Source: Octopus bimaculoides
Taxonomy: Eukaryota
NCBI RefSeq assembly: GCF_001194135.2
Contig: NC_068995.1
Coordinates: 27,208,172 to 27,257,638, forward strand
DNA: 49,467 nt
Reading direction: 5' to 3'
A program made the position numbers and the translations under genes. This document shows, one piece after another, positions 36,383 to 48,520 of the stretch. Numbering within the stretch: position 1 is the first letter of the stretch; each line of letters opens with the position of its first letter. The notes beneath the pieces were generated by a model. That model had not been told where the DNA came from and searched no databases. It saw only the letters and a program-made list of their open reading frames with translations.

Positions 36383-36906
36383 AATTTCAAATTATTTGTT
36401 TTTTTTTTTTGTTCTGCTTAAAGTAAGAAATACATGTCTGTAGTGAAATAAGTAAATAGGCTAAAGTTGAATACATTATACCTCTCAGTAAGTTGATTAT
36501 AAAAGGTAATAGTGGAATATATGATGTAGAATAAGTAATAACGGAATAAGTACATATACAAATATATATAGCATATTAAATATATATTGATGGTACATAG
36601 CATATTATGTATATATTAATTAGATTTACCAATGAAAAAAAGGCCAAAATGAATGTGATCATCAGAATTGATGAAGATAAAAACATTAGTTGAGCATTAT
36701 GAGACAAAGAAGACAGCAGAATGAAGTTTTGAATACAAAAAGTTGACAATGATTCAAGCTTGTGGAATAATTTAGAAAGTAAATCATATGAAGGGAAATA
36801 ACTTCAACAACTTAAAATTTTAATCTTAAAATTATGTCATTTCAAAAAGTTTTTTGTTACTCACAAAAAAATACATATATAGAAATACACATGGTATATT
36901 TTATAC

Positions 36907-36973
<67 letters not shown>

Positions 36974-36974
36974 T

Positions 36975-37483
36975 TTATCTTTTGTTTGTTTCAGTCATTA
37001 GACTGCAGCCATGTTGGGACACCGCCTTATATTTTTAGTTGAATGAATTAACCCCAGAATTTACTTTCATTTTTAAATCTGGTACTTATTCTATCAGTCT
37101 CTTTTGCCAAACTACTAGATTATGGGGACATAAACACACAAAGACACATGCACACAAATATACATATATATATATACCAGAGTAAGCACATAAATGTGAA
37201 ACAAGGAGGAAAAAATAGTACTCGAATACCAGAGGTAGAGTAATATGCTTTATTAATAAAACTGCAAAGACATCACAAAAACTGTTACTCAGAGTTTCAC
37301 ATTCCCTTTCGTTGGACAGTCTAGTATATATATGTTGGGCCTCTTTCAGTTTCTGTCTGCCAAATCTACTCACAAAGCTTTGGTTGGCTCGAAGCTATAG
37401 CAGAAGACATTTGCCCAAGGTGCCATGCAGTGGGACTGAACCTGGAACCATGCGATTAGGAAGCAAGCTCCTTACCACAGTCA
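36975..37483 (-). mobile_element. tRNA-derived SINE (second family), near complete, interrupted by a 150-bp insert at 37176-37325
   Basis: On the minus strand the head has gtggtaaggagcttgcttcc..ggttccaggttcagtccc (A and B boxes) and a central (TA/TG) tract. The tail is ..tctaatgactgaaacaaacaaaagataaaaga. Confidence 0.82.
37279..37322 (-). ncRNA. Degenerate minimal type-I hammerhead-like motif within the 37176-37325 insert
   Basis: AGACUGU-CCAACGA-AAGGGAAUGU-GAAAC-UCUGA-GUA-ACAGUUU. Stem I is 7 bp, stem III is ACU/AGU with a CUG loop, and the triplet is GUA. The core differs from CUGANGA at 2 positions and stem II is weak. Confidence 0.45.
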
Positions 37484-38017
37484 CAATATTTTACTTTGTT
37501 CATTTTTGTAGTTATTACACACATAAATACACATTTGAGCACAACATTGTGTTATCATTGTTTTAACATCCCCGTTTCCAATTGCTTGCATTGGTCAGAT
37601 GAAGTTTATTGAGGCAAATTTTCTATAGCTGGATACCCTTCCCATCAACAACCTTCGCCTGTTTCCAGCCTTTTACAAAGACACAAATGCATACACAAGA
37701 AGGGCAGGTGAATTTTTTTGGTTTTGTTTTGTTTTGTTGTTTTGCAGTGGAGCTTTGTAGACTTGATCTGAATGCTTGCAGCAGAGTGAATTATGTTAAA
37801 AGCACTCAAGGGCTAGGTGGGAATGTTAAACCAGATAGTGAATTAAGCCTACTACCCAACAATAGTCCAACCACAAACTTTTACAATTTTTGTTTAATCC
37901 AATTTCACTCACTTGTCTCTCTCAATGCATGCTGCCATTACTGTCATAAAAGACTCCTTACCCAAGGTACTATACAATGAAATCAAACTAAAAACTATGT
38001 GACTGAAAAGTGAACTA

Positions 38018-39726
38018 CACCGCCTGACTGGCCTTCGTGCCTATGGCACGTAAAAGCACCCACTACACTCTCTGAGTGGTTGGCGTTTAGGAAGGGCATC
38101 CAACCGTAGAAACTCTGCCAAATCCTGTGCGTGAGAAGACCCGGCAAGCTAAGTGAGACCTAAATCTAAGGCCTCAGCCAGTCCACTTATGCGTACCTTC
38201 CTTCATTGGACACCAAACTCCACTTGCGAAGACCTGTTGAGGCAAGTGAAATCGAAATTGAAATCGAGTTAAATTGGAGACTAAACTCCACATGCGAAGA
38301 CCTATTGAGGCATGTGAAATCGAAATCGAGTTAAATTGGATACTAAACTCCACTTGCGAAGACCTGTTGAGTCAAGTGAAATCGAAATCGAGTTAAATTC
38401 GACGACTGGTACCCATGCCAACGTCGTCTCCTTCATTGGGACACGAAACTCAGCTTGCAAGGACTTATTGGGGCAAGCGAAATTGAAATTGTGATGTCAC
38501 CTGTGCCCGGTGTCACTTTTCTGGCACTTGTGCCCGCGACATGTGTAAGGACTTTCGAGCGAGATCGTTGCCAGTGCCCCTAGACTGGCTCTTGTGCGGG
38601 TGGCACATAAAATACACCATTTTGAGCGTGGCCGCTGCCAGTAGAGCCTGACTGGCCTTCGTAGAATTTTCGAGCGAGATCGTTGCCAGTGCCCCTGGAC
38701 TGGCTCTTGTGCAGGTGGCACATAAAATGCACCATCTTGAGCGTGGCCGTTGCCAGTACCGCCTGACTGGCCTTCATGCCGATGGCAGGCACCTGTGCCC
38801 AGCNNNNNNNNNNNNNNNNNNNNNNNNNNNNNNNNNNNNNNNNNNNNNNNNNNNNNNNNNNNNNNNNNNNNNNNNNNNNNNNNNNNNNNNNNNNNNNNNN
38901 NNNNNNNNNNNNNNNNNNNNNNNNNNNNNNNNNNNNNNNNNNNNNNNNNNNNNNNNNNNNNNNNNNNNNNNNNNNNNNNNNNNNNNNNNNNNNNNNNNNN
39001 NNNNNNNNNNNNNNNNNNNNNNNNNNNNNNNNNNNNNNNNNNNNNNNNNNNNNNNNNNNNNNNNNNNNNNNNNNNNNNNNNNNNNNNNNNNNNNNNNNNN
39101 NNNNNNNNNNNNNNNNNNNNNNNNNNNNNNNNNNNNNNNNNNNNNNNNNNNNNNNNNNNNNNNNNNNNNNNNNNNNNNNNNNNNNNNNNNNNNNNNNNNN
39201 NNNNNNNNNNNNNNNNNNNNNNNNNNNNNNNNNNNNNNNNNNNNNNNNNNNNNNNNNNNNNNNNNNNNNNNNNNNNNNNNNNNNNNNNNNNNNNNNNNNN
39301 NNNNNNNNNNNNNNNNNNNNNNNNNNNNNNNNNNNNNNNNNNNNNCTGGCCTTCGTAGGATTTTCAAGCAAGATCGTTGCTAATGCCCCTGGAGTGGCTC
39401 TTGTGTGGGTGGCACATAAAATACACCATCTTGAGTGTGGCCATTGCCAGTACCGCCTGACTGGCCTTCGTGCGGGTGAAACATAAAAGCACCCACTACA
39501 CTTTCGGAGTGGATGGCGTTAGGAAGGGCATCCAGCCGTAGAAACTCTGCCAAATCAGATTGGAGCTTGGTGTAGCCATCTGGTTTCACCAGTCCTCAGT
39601 CAAATCATCCAACNNNNNNNNNNAATCAGATTGGAGCTTGGTGTAGCCATCTGGTTTCACCAGTCCTCAGTCAAATCATCCAACCCATGCTAGCATGGAA
39701 AGCGGACGTTAAACGACGATGATGAT
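38018..39726 (+). mobile_element. RTE family A 3' UTR with locally expanded tandem units
   Basis: Follows ..gagaagacccggcaagctaagtgagacc (ORF end). There are 62-68-bp repeats at about 38207-38490, GCCAGT/ACTGGC units and a (GAT)n tail. Confidence 0.9.
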
Positions 39727-39788
39727 ACCCATAGCTGTTCCCGTGCTATGCCATACTAAATATTAAACATTTTGAAAATGTTTATGTA

Positions 39789-40643
39789 CATGGTCTGATC
39801 AATAAGTATCCGGACTGTTGCCATAGTAACAAAGCTAAAGCATGCTGTGTGAAGCCACTTGGCAGAGATTGACCTTGCACTCTGTGCATCTGTACTAAGT
39901 TTTAATGTTGTAGCTCACTTCCACTGTTTACAGCAGTGCTTGGAAGGAATGTGTGTACCATGTGGTCATCGGATTGACCATGACAAGGGAAGTTGTGCAG
40001 AGAATTTACATCAAATTTTGCTAAAAGCTTGGCGATGCCTGCTCAGAGGCCTATGCAAAGTTTTCAACAATTTTCATCGTTCTCAACACAATCAAGGAGA
40101 TCTGAAACCCAAGTGTCTCTTTGGTCAACCGAAAGCAGTTTTGGCACAAACTTGGCAGGCATGCGTCTCATACCCAAATCTTCAGTGATAATGGACTGAA
40201 TTGAACCATAACTAATCTGCATGTTGTCTGATAAGTCACGGATGGTGATTCGACGATTTCTCCTCACAGCTGCATGCACATCAATGATGTTTTTCTCAGT
40301 TCTGTTGGTTTCAGGTCTCCCAGAACGTTTATCAATATCGACATTTTTTTGGCCATCTTGGAAATGTCTGAACCACTCGAACACTTGTGTGTGGCTCATA
40401 CACTCCTCTCCATACATTTTATGTAACTTTGCATAGGCCTCTGAGTGGTTTCACCATGACAGCTTTCTCTGTCATGATCAATGTGATGATCACACACCAC
40501 ACACCTTCCTTCCAAGCACTGCTGTAAGCATTAAACTTAGTGCAAATGCACAGCAGAGTTCAAGGTCAGTTTGTGCCAAGCGGTTTCACCCTGCCTGCTT
40601 TGTTACTATGGCACCAGTCCAGATACTTATTGATCAGATCTCA
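39789..40643 (-). mobile_element. Mariner-family derivative, TA-flanked, with N-terminal transposase remnant
   Basis: TIRs catggtctgatcaataagtatccggactg and cagtccagatacttattgatcagatctca, with TA on both sides. ORF 40064..40417 has YGEECMSHTQVFEWFRHF..RSGRP..RRITIR..ISYGSIQSII.EDLGMR...AKFVPK.L (HTH plus WVP-like motif). Confidence 0.9.
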
Positions 40644-41037
40644 TATGTGTGTAATGGGTCCAATCATTGCTGTGTGGCTAAGAAGTTCACTTTGCAAACA
40701 TGCAAATCGTCCTGGGTTTGGTCTCATCTTGGGTAAGTACCTTCCATTATAGCCTCAGATTAAGTGTTGATGATGTTGACACTATAACCAGTCACTCTGC
40801 ACTCTTGTAGACCATGTGGAATAAAGAAATCTCTTACTTTGTGAACAAGTAAAGATTGGCAACAGTAATAGTATCTGGCTGTCAAATCCTACTTCAAAAT
40901 GAAGGAATGAAAAGTTCCTTTTCCTATGCTGGTAGGCAATATACATGTGTATGCATGTATGAGTAAATGTTGACATGGCAACCAGTTGTTCTATGCTTTC
41001 AAGGACCAGTCAAATGAACAATCACTCATGAAAAATA

Positions 41038-42134
41038 TTGGGTTGGCAAGAAAGTAATTTCGTTTCTCGCAAATAGATGGAGTTATGATTTTTTTGAAAT
41101 GACTTTTGTCAATGTTGTGATTTTTTTCTCGTTGACCTTTTGATAGCCGTTAATTTTAGCTTATTTTAGAAGCAAATTGCGCATAATTTTGTTTACAGTT
41201 CAGTGTCACTTTGAACATGGAGTGCAAAAACGAACATTTTTCACCATATTTTGCTTTTTTATTTCTGTAAAGGTAAGAAAGCTGCTGAGGCTCACAAAGA
41301 GATATGTGAAGTTTATGGTGTTGATTTCTTAACAGAATGCACATATCAGAAATGGTTTTAAAAATTCCGTTCTGAAGATTTTTCACCCAAAGATGACCAA
41401 CATTCTGGTCAACCTACTGGAGTTCATAACGACTGAATCAAAGCCATAATTGAATTTGATTGTCATTTAACTGTGGAAGATATTGTAGAGAGGTTAAATG
41501 TATCACACACAACAATTGAAAATCATTCAAAATGTACCAGCATAAACTAATGAAGCAGCATAAACTACGTTGAAAGATGAATTGCATCAAAAAAGTCATG
41601 CTGTCAGTTTGGTGGGATTACAAAAGTGTTGTGTATTTGGAGCTGCTTCCAAGAAACGAAACAATACATTCAGATGTTTACTGTCAACAACTAATGAAAC
41701 TGGGGGAGGCAATCAAAGAGAAATGGCCAGAATTGGCAAATCATAAAGGAATTGTGTTCCACCATGACAATGCTCTCACACACATATTTGCTAACTCATG
41801 AAAAATTATTGGAGCTTGGTTGGGAAGTGATGTCACATCCACCATATAGCCCTGACCTTGCACCATCAGATTTCCATTTATTTCGAAGTTTGCAAAATTT
41901 TTTGAATGGTAATATTTTCAATAATGATGATGATCTGAAATCACACTTGCTTCAGTTTTTGGCTGATAATGACCAGAAGTTCTATGATCACAGAATCATC
42001 AAGTTGCTAGAAAGATAGCAAAAGGTTATCAAACAAAATGGAAAATATACAATTGATTAAAGTTTATTCTTTATATGAAAACAAACGATTTTTATTTCAC
42101 ACTAAAAGCCAAAATTACTTTCTTACCAACCCAA
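41038..42134 (+). mobile_element. Mariner DNA transposon, internally deleted and decayed
   Basis: TIRs ttgggttggcaagaaagtaattt and aaattactttcttaccaacccaa with TA TSD. Motifs KKVMLSVWWD, FHHDNA and HPPYSPDLAPSDFHLFRSLQNFL. Confidence 0.95.
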
Positions 42135-42243
42135 TAGTTAAAGGTTAGCAGTAGGAAGAGCATCCAGCCATAAAATGCAGACTCAAGTAAGTCCCACTAA
42201 CACAAAAAAGCAGATATTAAACGATTGGATATATACAATAGGT

Positions 42244-42376
42244 TTTCTTCTACCAACCCCACTCACAAGGCATTGGTTGAACTAAAGCTATTGTAGAAGA
42301 TGCTCCCAAGGTATCATGCATTTAGATTGAACTTCTGGCCTCATGATTTCAAATCAAACTTAATTGCACAGCCATG
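42244..42376 (-). mobile_element. SINE (second family) 5' fragment
   Basis: ccactcacaaggcattggttg..gctattgtagaagatg..cccaaggt matches the other copies. Confidence 0.6.
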
Positions 42377-42552
42377 TTTCTACTTGTGTGTGTGTGTGTG
42401 TGCATGTGTGCATGCTTTTTTGGAATATGTTGAAGCACACAGAGAGCTATAAATAATAGCATGTAAATATTTATAGCTTTATATGTGTACTTCCAGATAT
42501 TCCAAAAAAGAATTAATTCACATTCTCATGAAAGTTTATAAAATTGTTATGA

Positions 42553-43936
42553 CATCATCATCATCCTGGCAAACCAGATGGCTGCACCTGGCTCCAATCT
42601 GATCTGGTAGAGTTTCTACCTAACGCCAACCACTCCGAGAGAGTAGTGGGGATTTTACGTGCCACTGGCACGAAGGCCAGTCAGGCAATGGCCACGCTCA
42701 AATGGTGTTTTTTACATGCCACCTGCACAGGAGCCAGTCCAGCGGCACTGGCAACGACCTCGTGCCACCAGCACAAGTGCTAGTAAGGCAACACTAGTAA
42801 CGATCATGCTCAAATGCTGCTTTTTACATGCTACCAGTATGGAAGCCAGTCAGCTGCTCTGGCAACGATCACACTCGGATGGTGCTCTTAGCGCTCCACT
42901 AGCATGGATGACAGTTATCACATTTGATTTCAATTTCGATTTCACTTGCCTCAACAGGTCTTCACAAGCAAAGTTTAGTGCCCAATGAAGGAAAGGTACG
43001 CATAGGCCACAGATTATGCTCTCACTTGGCTTGCTGGGTCTTCTCAAGCACAGCATATTTCCAAAGGTCTCAGTCACTAGTCATTGCCTCAATGAGGCCT
43101 AATGTTCGAAAGTCGTGCTTCACCATCTCATCCCAGGTCTTCCTGGGTCTACCTCTTCCACAGGTTCCCTCACTTTTTCACACAGCTATCCTCATCCATT
43201 CTCGCCACATGACCATACCAGTGCAGTTGTCTCTCTTGCACACCGCATCTGATGCTTCTTAGGTCCAATTTTTCTCTCAAGGCGCTTACACTCTGTCAAG
43301 TATGGACACTGACATTACACACCCATCGGAGGATACTGGCTTCATTCCATGCAAGCTTACGGATATCCTCAGCAGTCACGGCCCATGTTTCACTGCCATG
43401 TACCTTTTACTCTGTCACCAGCAGCAGTAAGAGCTCTCTGAACTTTGCCCAGGCTATTCTTATTCTAGCATCTATATTTTCAGTACACCCACCCTAACAA
43501 CTAACTTGGTCACCTAGGTAATGGAAGCTATCAACTACATCTAGTTTTTCTCCCTGGAATGTGGCAGAAGTTGTTCTCTAAACATTTTCAGTGTTTATTG
43601 CTCCTGAGCATCTGCCACTAACAAAAACTATCTTCCCAGTTAGCCTTCCTTTGATATTGCTGCACTTCTTATGTGTCTATAGCTTACACTGGGTACATCT
43701 TATAGAGTTTCTACCTACACCCTTTCTATAGATTGAGAAGGGCTTTCTACCTGAAGGGATTTGTGGTTTGTTTTCCTTCCTACTTATTAGGACTTTGGTT
43801 TTAGCTAGGTTGACTCTAAGGCCCTTCGATTCTAATCCTTGTTTCCACACCTGAAATTTCTTTAGTTCTGATAGTGACTCAGCAATTTCAGCAAGGTCAT
43901 CAGCATAGAGGAGCTCCCAGGGGCATTCTGTTTTGA
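42553..43936 (-). mobile_element. RTE family A, 5'-truncated
   Basis: CPWELLYADDL..FQVWKQGLESKGLRVNLAKTKV at the 5' side, then the ORF end, 3' UTR and (GAT)n. Confidence 0.9.
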
Positions 43937-44135
43937 TCATATATATATATATATATATATATAACAGAAATATGTTAGAAAACAAAATAGAAACCACCCG
44001 TGGAAATGTAAGGGGAAAGTAAGCAGAAAAATAAGAGAAAATGCACATTGAAAATCAAAAAGAAAGTAAGGCTTTTTATGAAAAGTAACGATATATATAT
44101 ACAATTAGATGAACTGAGGTATATATATACACATA

Positions 44136-45401
44136 TCATCATCATCATTGTTTAACGTCTGCTTTCCATGCTAGCATGGGTTGGACGATTTGACTGAGGA
44201 CTGGCAAGCCAGAAGGCTGAACCAGGCTCCAATCTGATCTGGCAGAGTTTCTACAGCTGGATGCCCTTCCTAACGCCAACCACTCCGAGAATGTAGTGGG
44301 TGCTTTTACGTGCCATTGGCATGAGGGCCAGTCACACAATACTGGCAACGGCCATGCTCAAAAGGTGTTTTTTACGTGCCACCTGCATGGGAGCCAGTCC
44401 AGCGGCACTGGCAACGACCTCGCTCGAATGATTTTATAACATGCCACTAGCACAAGTGCTAGAAGCCAACGCTGGTAACGATTACGTTCAAATGATCTAT
44501 TCACGGGCCACTAGCATGGAAGCCAGACAGCTGCTCTGGCAATGAACACTCTCGACAGTGCTGTTAGTGCTCCACTGGCGCAGTACCAGTCATCGAGTAT
44601 GGTTCAATTGCTATTTCACTTGCCCCAACAGGTCTTCGCAAGCAGAGTTTAGTGTCCAATGAAGAAGAGGTTGGTATGGGTGCCAGTTGTCGGGTTCAGT
44701 TCAATTTCGATTTCAGATTTCAAATTCCAAATTCCAAATTCCAAATTCACTTGGCTCAACAGGTCTTCGCAAGCAGGGTTTTTAGTGTCCAATGAAGTAA
44801 AGATACGAATTAGTGAGCTGGCTACACTTCTGGCAGAGATCACAGATTATGCTCTCACTTTCCTTGCTGAGTCTTCTCACATACTGCATATTTCCAAAGG
44901 TCCCAGTGACTGGTCATTGCCTCGGTGAGGCCTAAAGTTCAAAGGTCATGCTTCACCACCTCATCCCAGGTCTTCCTGGGTCTATCTCTTCCACAGGTTC
45001 CCTGAACTGCTAGGGTGTGGCACTTTTTCACACAGCTATCCTCATCCATTCTTGCCACATGGCCATACCAGCGCAATCGTCTCTCTTGCACACCGCAACT
45101 GATACTTCTTAGGTCCAACTTTTCTCTCAAGCTACTTACGCTCTGTCGAGTATGCACACTGACATTACACATCCATCGGAGCATACTGGCTTCGTTTCTT
45201 GCAAGCTTACGCATGTCCTCAGCAGTCACGGCCCATGTTTCACTGCCATGTAGCATGGCTATTCATACACATGCGTCATACAATCTGCCTTTTACTCTGA
45301 GTGAGAGGCCCTTTGTCACCAGCAGAGTTAAGAGCTCTCTAAACTTTGCCCAGGCTATTCTTATTCTAGCAGCTACACTTTCAGTGCACCCTCCCCTGCT
45401 A
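44136..45401 (-). mobile_element. RTE family A, young 3' fragment running into a gap
   Basis: MLHGSETWAVTAEDMRKLARNEASMLRWMCNV..RRLRWYGHVARM..RPRKTWDEVVKHDL, with complete 3' UTR and tail. Confidence 0.92.
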
Positions 45402-46260
45402 NNNNNNNNNNNNNNNNNNNNNNNNNNNNNNNNNNNNNNNNNNNNNNNNNNNNNNNNNNNNNNNNNNNNNNNNNNNNNNNNNNNNNNNNNNNNNNNNNNN
45501 NNNNNNNNNNNNNNNNNNNNNNNNNNNNNNNNNNNNNNNNNNNNNNNNNNNNNNNNNNNNNNNNNNNNNNNNNNNNNNNNNNNNNNNNNNNNNNNNNNNN
45601 NNNNNNNNNNNNNNNNNNNNNNNNNNNNNNNNNNNNNNNNNNNNNNNNNNNNNNNNNNNNNNNNNNNNNNNNNNNNNNNNNNNNNNNNNNNNNNNNNNNN
45701 NNNNNNNNNNNNNNNNNNNNNNNNNNNNNNNNNNNNNNNNNNNNNNNNNNNNNNNNNNNNNNNNNNNNNNNNNNNNNNNNNNNNNNNNNNNNNNNNNNNN
45801 NNNNNNNNNNNNNNNNNNNNNNNNNNNNNNNNNNNNNNNNNNNNNNNNNNNNNNNNNNNNNNNNNNNNNNNNNNNNNNNNNNNNNNNNNNNNNNNNNNNN
45901 NNNNNNNNNNNNNNNNNNNNNNNNNNNNNNNNNNNNNNNNNNNNNNNNNNNNNNNNNNNNNNNNNNNNNNNNNNNNNNNNNNNNNNNNNNNNNNNNNNNN
46001 NNNNNNNNNNNNNNNNNNNNNNNNNNNNNNNNNNNNNNNNNNNNNNNNNNNNNNNNNNNNNNNNNNNNNNNNNNNNNNNNNNNNNNNNNNNNNNNNNNNN
46101 NNNNNNNNNNNNNNNNNNNNNNNNNNNNNNNNNNNNNNNNNNNNNNNNNNNNNNNNNNNNNNNNNNNNNNNNNNNNNNNNNNNNNNNNNNNNNNNNNNNN
46201 NNNNNNNNNNNNNNNNNNNNNNNNNNNNNNNNNNNNNNNNNNNNNNNNNNNNNNNNNNNN

Positions 46261-48277
46261 GGCACAGGTGCTATCTCGATTTCGCTATTCGCTTGCCCCA
46301 ATAAGTCTTCGCAAGCTGAGTTTCATGTCCAATGAAGGAGACGACTTTGGCATGAGTTTAGTGTCCAATGTAGGAAAGGTACGCATGAGTGGGCTGGCTA
46401 CACCCCTGGCAGAGGCCTTGGATTTAGGTCTCACTTGGCTTGCCGGGTCTTCTCACGCACAGCACATTTTCAAAGGTCTCGGTCAGAAGTCATCGCCTCG
46501 GTGAGGCCCAATGTTCAAAGGTTTTGCCTCACCACCTCAGCCCAAGTCTTCCTGGGCATACCTCTTCCATGGGTTCCCTCAACTGTTAAGGTATGGCACT
46601 TTTTCACGCAGCTATCCTCATCCATTCTCACTGCATGTCCATACCAGCGCAATCGCGTCTCTTGCACACCACAACTGATGCTTCTTATGTTCAGCTTTTC
46701 TCTCAAGATACTTACACTCTGTCGGGTATGCACACTGACTTTACACATCCAGCAGAGCATACTTGCTTCATTCCTTCCTTGCGAGTTTACGCATGTCCTC
46801 AGCAGTCACAGCCCATGTTTCACCGCCATGTAACATGGCTGTTATTTCCTGTTTGTTTACAGTGTTTATTTTACCTGAATATCTGCTACATACAAAAACT
46901 AACTTCCTAGTTAACCTGCCTTTGATATTGCTGCACCTCTTATGTGTCCATAGCTTGCACTGGGTACATCTTATAGAGTTACTACCTACTCCTTTTCTAC
47001 ATACTCAGCAGGGCCATCTTCCTGAAGGGGGTTGTGTTTTATCTGCCTTCCTACTTATTAGGATTTTGGTTTTAGCTTGGTTGACTCTAAGGCCCTTCGA
47101 TTCTAGTCCTTGCTTCCACACCTGAAACTTCTCCTCTAGTTCTGATAGTGACTCCGCAATTAGTTCAAGGTCATCAGCATAGAGGAGCTCCCAGGGGCAT
47201 CNNNNNNNNNNNNNNNNNNNNNNNNNNNNNNNNNNNNNNNNNNNNNNNNNNNNNNNNNNNNNNNNNNNNNNNNNNNNNNNNNNNNNNNNNNNNNNNNNNN
47301 NNNNNNNNNNNNNNNNNNNNNNNNNNNNNNNNNNNNNNNNNNNNNNNNNNNNNNNNNNNNNNNNNNNNNNNNNNNNNNNNNNNNNNNNNNNNNNNNNNNN
47401 NNNNNNNNNNNNNNNNNNNNNNNNNNNNNNNNNNNNNNNNNNNNNNNNNNNNNNNNNNNNNNNNNNNNNNNNNNNNNNNNNNNNNNNNNNNNNNNNNNNN
47501 NNNNNNNNNNNNNNNNNNNNNNNNNNNNNNNNNNNNNNNNNNNNNNNNNNNNNNNNNNNNNNNNNNNNNNNNNNNNNNNNNNNNNNNNNNNNNNNNNNNN
47601 NNNNNNNNNNNNNNNNNNNNNNNNNNNNNNNNNNNNNNNNNNNNNNNNNNNNNNNNNNNNNNNNNNNNNNNNNNNNNNNNNNNNNNNNNNNNNNNNNNNN
47701 NNNNNNNNNNNNNNNNNNNNNNNNNNNNNNNNNNNNNNNNNNNNNNNNNNNNNNNNNNNNNNNNNNNNNNNNNNNNNNNNNNNNNNNNNNNNNNNNNNNN
47801 NNNNNNNNNNNNNNNNNNNNNNNNNNNNNNNNNNNNNNNNNNNNNNNNNNNNNNNNNNNNNNNNNNNNNNNNNNNNNNNNNNNNNNNNNNNNNNNNNNNN
47901 NNNNNNNNNNNNNNNNNNNNNNNNNNNNNNNNNNNNNNNNNNNNNCTACCATGGTACTGTCAACTCGGATAGCTGGTCCCTCTGTTGGGTTGACATACGG
48001 CAGACTCTCTTTCTCCCATTCATTCTCTTTATTAAGCAATCTATCGTAGTGGCATCTCCAGACCTCTTTCTTTGCAGCCTCATTTAGTGCAAGCGTACCA
48101 TCATCCATGTGAACACATTTCTCTCCTACAACATCACAATTCTCTCTCCTACACTGTCTTGCAACATGAAATACTTCAAGTCTTTGGTCCTCACGGCGCA
48201 GAACATTGGCAAATCTTTTCTTATCTGCTTTCCTTCTGGCTAAATAAACCTGTCGCCTAGCTTCCCTTCTGGCAGAT
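46261..48277 (-). mobile_element. RTE family A, RT region and ORF end with gaps
   Basis: ARRKADKKRFANVLRREDQR..WRCHYDRLLN.ENEW, CPWELLYADDL, and RLRWYGHAVRMDEDSCVKKC. Confidence 0.9.
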
Positions 48278-48520
48278 TCATCATCATCATTTAGCATCCA
48301 TATTCCATCCTGGTATAGGTTTGATGGTTTGACAGACAGGATCTAACAGGTCAGAATACAGTGTTGAATTCCTATGTCTGTTTTAACATAGTTTCTACAG
48401 TTGGATGCCCTTCCCAATACAGACCATTTTACAGAGGATACTGGCTGCTTTTTATTGTTACTGGCTCTAGTGAGGTCTCCAAGTAGCTCACAAGACCCCT
48501 TGATTGAGGAAGATATCTTA
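48278..48520 (-). mobile_element. RTE family B-like 3' tail fragment
   Basis: (CAT)n-ttagcatccatattcc..gatgcccttcc..aagtagctcacaagac resembles 26356-26650. Confidence 0.6.

Noticed and set aside
38207-38490. CRISPR-like repeat array
   Set aside because: Eukaryotic LINE 3' UTR tandem units with no unique spacers and no cas genes.
45015-48297. Long ORFs of 270-430 aa (also 21912-22841, 32611-33326, 38580-39486)
   Set aside because: They are open only because they run through N gaps, or they are antisense to RTE.
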